Assembly (NCBI GenBank): GCA_050294405.1
Contig: JBNKOC010000025.1
Coordinates: 130,628-194,627, forward strand
Reading direction: 5' to 3'
Source: Fibrobacteria bacterium
Lineage (GTDB): Bacteria; Fibrobacterota; Fibrobacteria; UBA11236; JADFYW01
DNA length: 64,000 nt
The translations under genes and the position numbers were made by a program. Position 1 is the first letter of the stretch. Each line of letters opens with the position of its first letter. The notes beneath the pieces are model-generated. The model had not been told where the DNA came from and did no database searches. It worked only from the letters and a program-made list of their open reading frames with translations. Shown piece after piece: positions 56,609-64,000 of this stretch.

Positions 56609-57472
56609 ATGAATGTTTTACTGTTAGGAAGCAACGGATTATTGGGGCAAAATATTGTAGCCCATAGTCCGACAGGCACTAACATGCAATTGGCAAGTCT
56701 CGAAGAGCAAAGCTATATAGAAGGCTCCTTTTCTTACGAACAAATTGATTTTTTTAGCAAATCAGATTTAATTCAGCTGGTAAAAAGATCTAAATGTGAT
56801 TTGGTTATTAACACAGCGGCTATGACCAATGTGGATTTATGTGAAACCGAAAAAGAAAAATGCAATGTTATTAATCGCGACGCTGTAGGTTGGATAGCAT
56901 CTTGCGGCATTCCCATGATACATTATTCCACAGATTATGTGTTTGATGGAAATGCCGGGCCCTACTCCGAAGAGTCTACTCCGAATCCTTTAGGCCATTA
57001 CGGACAAAGCAAATTGGAATCTGAAGGATTGGTATTTGGACACAATCCAAATTCACTGGTTCTTCGCACCATGCTGCTTTGGGGTGTTGGCCGAAATTTA
57101 CGCCCTTCCTTCACCGATTTCGTAAAATCAAGTCTGGAAAAAAATCAGGAGATAAATATCGTAACCGACCAATATGGAAACCCCACTTTGGCCTCGGACT
57201 TGGCCAAAGCCAGTTGGGCATTAATTTCTAAAAGGCAAAGTGGCCTTTTTCATTGCTCGGGTAGCGAGATATTAAGCAGATTTCAGTGGGCAGAAGCTGT
57301 GGCAGATTATTTTGGTCTTCCTAAAGCTCTGATTCATCCGCTGAGTTCGGCCCAGCTTAATCAAAAAGCTCCCAGGCCGTTGAATTCAGGCTTTAGTTTG
57401 GGAAAAATTGAAAAGGCTACCGGTTTTTTCTTCAAAAATTTAAAGGCCCAGCTTAAAGAAGTTTACGGATAG
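56609..57472 (+). CDS. rfbD: dTDP-4-dehydrorhamnose reductase-like SDR
   Basis: GSNGLLG, AAMTNVD.CE, STDYVFDG, YGQSK, DQYGNPT and APRP motifs. Confidence 0.82.
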   Translation: MNVLLLGSNGLLGQNIVAHSPTGTNMQLASLEEQSYIEGSFSYEQIDFFSKSDLIQLVKRSKCDLVINTAAMTNVDLCETEKEKCNVINRDAVGWIASCGIPMIHYSTDYVFDGNAGPYSEESTPNPLGHYGQSKLESEGLVFGHNPNSLVLRTMLLWGVGRNLRPSFTDFVKSSLEKNQEINIVTDQYGNPTLASDLAKASWALISKRQSGLFHCSGSEILSRFQWAEAVADYFGLPKALIHPLSSAQLNQKAPRPLNSGFSLGKIEKATGFFFKNLKAQLKEVYG

Positions 57473-57569
57473 CCAAATACCCCTTTTACTAGAAAGCAAA
57501 AGCTTTTCATAGTAAATTTAATCCTCCGAATTTTCTTTATATTTGAACAATTTTCACAAGGATTTTGGA

Positions 57570-59477
57570 ATGGCCGGAATGCGCAAATGGAGAGTGGAAG
57601 ACAGCCGGGAACTTTATAATGTATCTGGCTGGGGTATTGGCTATTTTGATATTAATGAAAAGGGCCACGCAGTGGTTTCCCCGTTAAAAGAAAAGGGTCC
57701 CCAAGTCGATTTAAAGGAAATGATGGATGAGCTGATGTTAAGAGATATAGCAGCTCCAGTATTAATTCGCTTCCCGGATATTTTAGATCATCGCATTGAA
57801 CAAATATCCCATTGTTTTGAAGCAGCCTCCGAAGAGTTTGGCTTTAAGGGCAAAGCTTACAATGTGTATCCCATTAAAGTGAATCAGCAGCGGCCGGTCC
57901 TGGAAGAAATGGTACGTCATGGCAAGAAGTTTAACATTGGTCTGGAAGCTGGCTCTAAACCAGAACTCCATGCGGTTTTGGCTATCATGGACAATCCCGA
58001 AGCATTGATTGTTTGCAATGGCTATAAAGATGAAGAATTTGTGGAATTGGGTCTTTTGGCTCAAAAAATGGGCAAGCGCATATTTATTGTGGTGGAAAAA
58101 TTAAACGAATTGAAGCTCATTAAAACGGTGGCTGAGCGATTGAATATTCGGCCAAATATTGGAATTCGCATAAAACTAGCCTCTGCAGGCAGCGGCAAGT
58201 GGGAAGAAAGCGGGGGAGATCAGAGTAAGTTTGGGTTAAATTCAGCTGAATTGCTCGAAGCCATTGAGATGGCCAGAGATAGCGGACTTGCAGATTGTAT
58301 TAAGCTCATCCATTTCCATTTAGGAAGTCAAATTACCAATATCCGAAAAATTAAGAGCGGACTTCGGGAAGCCGCCCAGTTTTACATTCAAATGCGGCAG
58401 ATGGGTATGAACGTGGAATTTGTAGATGTGGGAGGAGGACTTGGAGTGGATTACGATGGCACCCGTTCCACTTCAAATCACTCGGTAAATTATTCCATGC
58501 AGGAATATGCCAATGATGTGGTTTACTCTTTAAGCCAGGCGGCCAAAAAGGCCAATGTGCCCCATCCCAATGTTATTGCCGAATCGGGGCGCGCCCTTAC
58601 AGCCCACCATTCTCTCTTGGTTTTTAATGTGCTTGAAACTACAGCGCTTCCCGAGTGGAGCGAGGAATTATTTCCTGTGAAAGAGGGAGATCACGAATTA
58701 GTTCGCGAAATGCTGGCCATTTTTAAAAACCTCTCCACAAACAATTTGCTCGAGTTCTGGCATGATGCCTTGCAACTTCGCGAAGATGTTCTGGACCGGT
58801 TTAATTTAGGTTTGGTGGATTTAAAAACCAGGGCCACGGCCGAAAGGCTTTTCTGGAGTCTGGCTCACAAAGTCCACCGCATTGTCAGCGACATGAAAAG
58901 CCCGCCTTATGAATTATCGGGTTTGTCTAAGCTTTTAGCTCATAAGTATTTTTGCAATTTTTCACTGTTTCAATCTTTGCCAGATGCTTGGGCTATTGAC
59001 CAAATTTTTCCATTGATGCCTATCCAGCGATTGGACGAGGAACCCAGCAATAACGTGACTTTGCAGGACATCACTTGCGATTCTGACGGTCAGATAGACC
59101 GGTTTTTTCGCAGTGGAGAGTTAAGCCACAGTCTTCCCTTGCACCCGCTAAAAGAAGGGGAGCCGTATTTTATTGCCACTTATTTGGTTGGTGCCTACCA
59201 AGAAATTTTGGGGGATTTGCACAACCTGTTTGGAGACACCAATGCGGTCCATGTGGTTTGCAATAAAAAGGGTGGCTATGTTATGGAGCAAGTAATTGAT
59301 GGGGAATCTGTGGCGGATGTGTTGGATTACGTGCAGTTTTCTCCTAAAAAATTAGTCAGGGATATGGAAACCTGGGTTTCCAATTCGGTTAAGGAAGGAC
59401 GTATTACCCCCATTGAGGGAAAAGAATTTTTAACCATTTATCGTTCCGGGTTGTACGGTTATACCTATCTGGAATAA
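57570..59477 (+). CDS. speA: Biosynthetic arginine decarboxylase
   Basis: YPIKVNQ, GLEAGSKPEL, HFHLGSQ, DVGGGLGVDYDG, DITCDSDG and GAYQEILGDLHNLFG motifs. ATG 57570 after AAGGA. Confidence 0.96.
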   Translation: MAGMRKWRVEDSRELYNVSGWGIGYFDINEKGHAVVSPLKEKGPQVDLKEMMDELMLRDIAAPVLIRFPDILDHRIEQISHCFEAASEEFGFKGKAYNVYPIKVNQQRPVLEEMVRHGKKFNIGLEAGSKPELHAVLAIMDNPEALIVCNGYKDEEFVELGLLAQKMGKRIFIVVEKLNELKLIKTVAERLNIRPNIGIRIKLASAGSGKWEESGGDQSKFGLNSAELLEAIEMARDSGLADCIKLIHFHLGSQITNIRKIKSGLREAAQFYIQMRQMGMNVEFVDVGGGLGVDYDGTRSTSNHSVNYSMQEYANDVVYSLSQAAKKANVPHPNVIAESGRALTAHHSLLVFNVLETTALPEWSEELFPVKEGDHELVREMLAIFKNLSTNNLLEFWHDALQLREDVLDRFNLGLVDLKTRATAERLFWSLAHKVHRIVSDMKSPPYELSGLSKLLAHKYFCNFSLFQSLPDAWAIDQIFPLMPIQRLDEEPSNNVTLQDITCDSDGQIDRFFRSGELSHSLPLHPLKEGEPYFIATYLVGAYQEILGDLHNLFGDTNAVHVVCNKKGGYVMEQVIDGESVADVLDYVQFSPKKLVRDMETWVSNSVKEGRITPIEGKEFLTIYRSGLYGYTYLE

Positions 59478-59518
59478 GTTTGGGGGATTTTCTCCTTCCT
59501 TGTTAATTTATTGGGACC

Positions 59519-60220
59519 ATGGACAAAACCCTCATCATAATTCCCACCTATAATGAAATTGAGAATTTACCTCGATTAATAACGCAAATTGAGGGGCTAA
59601 ATCTGGATCTCCACATATTGGTGGTAGATGACAATAGCACAGATGGAACTGGCAAATGGGTTGAAGAACAACTGTCTCAAAAGCCCCATCTCCATCATAT
59701 CCATCGCGAAAAAAAAATGGGATTGGGCAGCGCTTATGTGAGGGGTTTTAAATACGCCCTGGAAAATAACTTTGATATTGTTTTTGAAATGGATGCGGAT
59801 TTTTCTCACGATCCAAAATATTTACCCGATTTCCTGGAAAAGATAAAAACCCATGACTTAGTGTTGGGGAGCCGGTATATATCTGGGGTAAATGTGGTAA
59901 ACTGGCCCATGTCTCGTTTGCTGCTGAGTTATTTTGCCAACATATATGCCCGATTAATTACGGGCCTTCCTATTAAAGATGCCACAGGGGGTTTTAAATG
60001 TTTTCAGGTGGAATGTTTAAAGGCTCTGGATTTGGATAAAATTTCATCTGATGGTTATTCTTTTCAGATTGAAGTGAGCTATAAACTCTGGAAAAAGAAC
60101 TTTAAAATTGTGGAAATCCCCATAGTTTTTGTGGACAGAACTGCTGGCCAATCCAAGATGTCTGGCAAAATTATTTCGGAAGCTTTGTTCTTGCTACTAA
60201 AATTAAGGCTTGGGCTGTAA
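59519..60220 (+). CDS. Polyprenol monophosphomannose synthase (DPM1-like GT2)
   Basis: IIPTYNE, VDDNS.DGT, GLGSAY..GF, EMDADFSHDP, DATGGF and GYSFQIE motifs. Confidence 0.9.
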   Translation: MDKTLIIIPTYNEIENLPRLITQIEGLNLDLHILVVDDNSTDGTGKWVEEQLSQKPHLHHIHREKKMGLGSAYVRGFKYALENNFDIVFEMDADFSHDPKYLPDFLEKIKTHDLVLGSRYISGVNVVNWPMSRLLLSYFANIYARLITGLPIKDATGGFKCFQVECLKALDLDKISSDGYSFQIEVSYKLWKKNFKIVEIPIVFVDRTAGQSKMSGKIISEALFLLLKLRLGL

Positions 60221-60238
60221 GCAACATGGCCATATGAA

Positions 60239-61861
60239 ATGAACGAATCCCCTGGTATTTCCGTAATTATTGTCAGTTACAATTCGCTGCATGTATTGCC
60301 CGCCTGTTTGGATAGCGTTTTGAATTCCGCTAAAAATCTGGATGCGCCCTGCCAAATTATTGTGGTGGATAACCACTCCAAAGACAAAACAGCAAAAATT
60401 ATAAAGCCCCGTTATGGGCAGGTGGATTGGATTGAATTGGATGATAACATAGGGTTTGGCAGCGCATGTAACCGGGGTGAGAAAAAAGCAAAATACAGTT
60501 TTTTGTTATTGTTAAATCCCGATACAATAATAGAAGCGAATACCCTTTCCGTAATGTGGAACTTCCAAAAAGAGCATCCTGATATGGGGCTTGCCGGTTG
60601 CCGTATTCGCAATTCCAACAATAGCCTTCAATTAGCCTGTAGGCGCAGTTTTCCCAGCCCCAAAACGGCTTTTTATCGGTTTACAGGGTTATCAAGGCTT
60701 TTTCCCCAAAGTAAAGAATTTGGCAAATACAATTTGACATATTTGCCAGAAAATCAAGTGAGCGAAGTGGATGCTATTTCGGGTTCCTTTATGTTTGTGG
60801 AAAAAAAACTATTCCAAAGCCTTGGGGGTTTTGATGAAGAGTTTTTTATGTATGGGGAAGATTTGGATTTATGTTATAGGGCGCAAAAATGCGGAAAGAA
60901 AAATTACTACACCCCCCAAACAAATATCCTTCATTTGAAAGGGGAAAGCACAAAAAGCAAGCCTATAACTTCCCTAATCCATTTTTACGAAGCTATGGTG
61001 ATATTTAGCCGTAAACATCTGGAGCTCAGTTTTCTTCCCATTTGGCTGTTTTACCTGGGAGCCGGGATTTTAGGAGGGTGTAATTTTTTATACAACCGTT
61101 GGAAAAAGTGGCCCCGCTGGACTATGGATTTGGTTATTGTGAACCTTGTTCTTGGGCTTGTTACTATTATGTATTCCAGGGTAATGGGTTTTCCCCATAT
61201 ATATGGTAGCCATCCCAATTTATATGTAAGCTGGCATTTGCTTAACTCTGCTTTAGTGTTTTTTCTTTTGGGCTACTTGGGGGATTATGGAAAGTACCCC
61301 AGTAAATTATCGAACCCATTTGTCATGGCGGCCCTTCCCTTTTTGGCCTTTTTGGCTTTGGGCTATTTTTTCTATGAAATTTCCTTTTCCCGCATTGTCT
61401 TTGGAATCTCCTCTTTTTTGAGTTATTTGAGTTTAGTGGGTTGGCGCATTTATTCCAGTCAGGGTGGTTTTTTGTTAAACCGCATTTTGGCCTCTAAAAA
61501 AAGGGTTGTTTTGCTGGGGGAGGGGGAAGCGGCCCTTAAACTTCGGGAGTTTATTCTAAATGGCTTCCTAAAAAATTACGAGCTTTTGGGCACTGTAGAT
61601 AAAAAAAACTCACAAAATAGCCCGGAAATGTCAGAAATAGGGGAGGCCATTGCTACGGTGGATGAAATGGGACCCTGGCTTGAAAAATTGGAAATTAACG
61701 AGATAATTATTGCAGATGGCCAAAATTCTTATAATTTGGCCTTAGAAATTTTATCAAACGGATGGAATGAGGGTTTGCCCTTAAAATTACTTGTGGGTGA
61801 TCCCGAACCTAGATCAATTACCCTTGTTGATGTAAATTTTACCGACGAGAAAATATTTTAG
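60239..61861 (+). CDS. GT2 glycosyltransferase fused to a TM bundle and a Rossmann-like (CoA-binding) domain
   Basis: VVDN, GFGSACN, LLNPD, ISGSFM, GFDEEFFMYGEDLDLC and HLKGEST motifs, then about 5 TMs and VVLLGEG. Confidence 0.85.
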   Translation: MNESPGISVIIVSYNSLHVLPACLDSVLNSAKNLDAPCQIIVVDNHSKDKTAKIIKPRYGQVDWIELDDNIGFGSACNRGEKKAKYSFLLLLNPDTIIEANTLSVMWNFQKEHPDMGLAGCRIRNSNNSLQLACRRSFPSPKTAFYRFTGLSRLFPQSKEFGKYNLTYLPENQVSEVDAISGSFMFVEKKLFQSLGGFDEEFFMYGEDLDLCYRAQKCGKKNYYTPQTNILHLKGESTKSKPITSLIHFYEAMVIFSRKHLELSFLPIWLFYLGAGILGGCNFLYNRWKKWPRWTMDLVIVNLVLGLVTIMYSRVMGFPHIYGSHPNLYVSWHLLNSALVFFLLGYLGDYGKYPSKLSNPFVMAALPFLAFLALGYFFYEISFSRIVFGISSFLSYLSLVGWRIYSSQGGFLLNRILASKKRVVLLGEGEAALKLREFILNGFLKNYELLGTVDKKNSQNSPEMSEIGEAIATVDEMGPWLEKLEINEIIIADGQNSYNLALEILSNGWNEGLPLKLLVGDPEPRSITLVDVNFTDEKIF

Positions 61862-61867
61862 GAGATT

Positions 61868-62818
61868 ATGGCATTTTTACCTAAAGGACCGTACCTGGAA
61901 TTCGAGGTTCCTGTGGCTGAACTGGCTCAGCAAATTGAAGACCTCATGAAAAATTCCAATGTCACGCAAAACGATTTAAAAGATCTTGTAAATAAAAAAG
62001 AAAAGCTCCAGCAGAAAATTCATAAAAAACTTCAGCCTTGGGACAGGGTAGAGTTGGCTCGCCGTCCTGGGCGTCCGTATACTTCGGATTATATCCAAAA
62101 TATTTTTACAGATTTTGTGGAGTTACATGGAGACCGTTGTTTTGGAGACGATCCGGCTATTGTAGGTGGATTAGCCAAACTAGGCGACCAACCTGTGGTC
62201 ATTGTGGGCAACCAAAAAGGAAAAGACACCCGGGAAAGTATTACCCGCAATTTTGGAATGGCTCATCCAGAAGGATACAGAAAAGCACATCGACTTTTTA
62301 ACATGGCCGAAAAATTTTCTTTGCCGGTTATCACTTTTATAGACACCCCCGGGGCCTATCCTGGTATCGGTGCCGAAGAAAGAGGACAAGCACAGGCCAT
62401 TGCAGAGAATCTAAAACAAATGGCTACCTTGGAAACCCCCATAATATGCGTGGTCATTGGTGAAGGGGCCAGTGGCGGAGCTTTGGGAATTGGAGTGGGT
62501 GATAAGCTGCTGATGATGGAGAATGCCTGGTATTGTGTTATTAGCCCAGAAGGTTGTGCGGCTATTTTATGGGGGGACAACTCCAAGAAAAAGGACTTAA
62601 GCTCCGTAATGAAGCTAACATCAGATGATTTGAAAAAAATAGGTATTGTAGACAGAATTATTAAAGAGCCTTTGGGAGGTGCCCATTGGAATCCCCCTCA
62701 AACCTATGAAGAAGTGAAAACCGTAATTTTGGAAGAACTCCAGGAATTACAGAAATTATCCACTTCCGAATTGGTGGAAAAGCGCATAGAAAAGCTGTCT
62801 AAAATAGGATCTTATTAA
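61868..62818 (+). CDS. accA: Acetyl-CoA carboxylase carboxyltransferase alpha subunit
   Basis: ELHGDR, RNFGM.HPEGYRKA, DTPGAYPG.GAEERGQ and ISPEGCAAILW motifs. Confidence 0.96.
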   Translation: MAFLPKGPYLEFEVPVAELAQQIEDLMKNSNVTQNDLKDLVNKKEKLQQKIHKKLQPWDRVELARRPGRPYTSDYIQNIFTDFVELHGDRCFGDDPAIVGGLAKLGDQPVVIVGNQKGKDTRESITRNFGMAHPEGYRKAHRLFNMAEKFSLPVITFIDTPGAYPGIGAEERGQAQAIAENLKQMATLETPIICVVIGEGASGGALGIGVGDKLLMMENAWYCVISPEGCAAILWGDNSKKKDLSSVMKLTSDDLKKIGIVDRIIKEPLGGAHWNPPQTYEEVKTVILEELQELQKLSTSELVEKRIEKLSKIGSY

Positions 62819-62832
62819 AAGAGGGAAGCAAA

Positions 62833-63090
62833 ATGTTGGATAAAGAATTATTGGAAATTTTGTGTTGCCCTGAAACCAAACAGGATGTTGCTGAAGCAGA
62901 CGAGGCGCTTATTGCCAAAATTAATGAGAGCATATCTGCAGGTGAGTTAAAAAACAGAGCTGGTCAACCAGTTGCTGAAAAAATAGATGGCGGGCTTATC
63001 CGCGAGGATAAAAAATATTTATATGCCATCCGGGAAGATATTCCTATTATGCTCATTGACGAAGCCATTCCTCTGGAAAATATGGTATAA
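62833..63090 (+). CDS. Trm112/UPF0434 family protein
   Basis: LLEILCCP...Y.IREDIPIML.DEA motif. Confidence 0.85.
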   Translation: MLDKELLEILCCPETKQDVAEADEALIAKINESISAGELKNRAGQPVAEKIDGGLIREDKKYLYAIREDIPIMLIDEAIPLENMV

Positions 63091-63136
63091 TAAAGCATTG
63101 CTTTGAAATGGGAAATGGATTCCCTATTTTTATGAA

Positions 63137-64000
63137 ATGCCTGTTTTATTAGACCTAAATGATCTTTCCAAAAGATATAATGCAAATCCAAAGTCCTTGG
63201 TATTTGCGAGGTATGCGCAGGCCCTTCAAAAAAATTCCGAGCTAGAAAAAGCCATTGAAATTTGCCAGCAGGGTTTGGCGGATTTTCCCGATTATTTATC
63301 GGGGTATCTGGTTTTGGCCCATTGTTTATTTGAAAAGAAGGATTTGGATAGCTGCCTGCAAAACCTGCAAATGGCCCTGGCTTTGGATCCTAAGTGTCTT
63401 AAGGCATTAAAAATGACCGGGGATGTTTTAGTGGAACAAAATAAGCCCGGACCGGCTGCTGAAAAATATGGCGCTATTTTGGAATTAGACCCCTGGGATA
63501 ACAAAGTAAAAGAGCTTTACAACCGATATGCTGGTGGGGGCGATGCCGGTGAAATGGTTGAGGAAGACATTCCCGAGGGGGAATTGACCCCCGAGATTCC
63601 AACATCTGATGCTGCTTCAATGGAAGAGGACCCTTTTGCGGAAGAAAGCGCCGAAGATATAATGGCCGAAACGGATATTTCTGGTTTTGAAGAATCTGGC
63701 GATGGGGATGAACCTCCCATTTTCTTAGAAGAGTCAGAGGAAGAAGCTGTTCCAGAAGAGGATGGCCCTACCAAGGCTGATGTGCTGGCAGAACTTGGGT
63801 TATCAGACGATTCGCAAGCCGAGGGCAGCATCACGGAAGAAAGTATTGAGGCCGAATTACCTAGTGAGGACGATGTTGCCAGTGCCGTAGATGAAATCAC
63901 AGGTTTGGAGGCAGCAGAGGAGACTGATACTAATACTGAGGAAAACCTTGAAGCCCAAATGCCCAATGAAGATGATGTTGGTAGCGCTATAGATGAACTA
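63137..64000 (+). CDS. TPR protein with long acidic low-complexity region (3' truncated; absent from ORF track)
   Basis: Frame is open from ATG 63137 to the window end: MPVLLDLNDLSKRYNANPKSLVFARYA..KAIEICQQGL..FPDY..LALDP.., then D/E-rich sequence. Confidence 0.85.
   Translation, partial: MPVLLDLNDLSKRYNANPKSLVFARYAQALQKNSELEKAIEICQQGLADFPDYLSGYLVLAHCLFEKKDLDSCLQNLQMALALDPKCLKALKMTGDVLVEQNKPGPAAEKYGAILELDPWDNKVKELYNRYAGGGDAGEMVEEDIPEGELTPEIPTSDAASMEEDPFAEESAEDIMAETDISGFEESGDGDEPPIFLEESEEEAVPEEDGPTKADVLAELGLSDDSQAEGSITEESIEAELPSEDDVASAVDEITGLEAAEETDTNTEENLEAQMPNEDDVGSAIDEL

Noticed and set aside
355..63966. Numerous short antisense or alternate-frame ORFs in the track (e.g. 29747-30307 +, 48425-49027 -, 63517-63966 -)
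   Set aside because: They lie within well-supported genes and carry no motifs. The Ser-rich 63517-63966 ORF is the antisense shadow of an acidic protein.

Overview
Gene-dense, AT-rich bacterial chromosomal window with no rRNA, tRNA, CRISPR array or mobile element that I can recognise. It is probably from an FCB-group organism such as Fibrobacterota. That is an inference from a T9SS-like C-terminal domain, a DUF2723 gene and a Bacteroidota-style SpeA N-terminus. Positions 1-35.3 kb form a large exosortase/PEP-CTERM-type exopolysaccharide (EPS) locus: two Asn-synthase-like amidotransferases, an ACP / two alpha-beta hydrolases / AMP-ligase / BtrK-like decarboxylase / GNAT module, four GT4s, a polysaccharide deacetylase, an O-antigen-ligase-like protein, three secreted proteins, exosortase plus EpsI, a TPR protein, a fused Wzc, an unusual priming-transferase/STAS/deacetylase triple fusion, PrsK/PrsR and a coupled diguanylate cyclase. 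The remainder holds a MORN lipoprotein, a degenerate response regulator, degP, two radical SAM genes, purN, rnhB, ribD-ribE-ribBA-ribH-nusB, a DUF2723 (TMEM260-like) glycosylation cluster, speA, accA, a Trm112-family gene and a truncated acidic TPR gene missed by the ORF track. All family assignments come from recognising motifs by eye; no searches were run.
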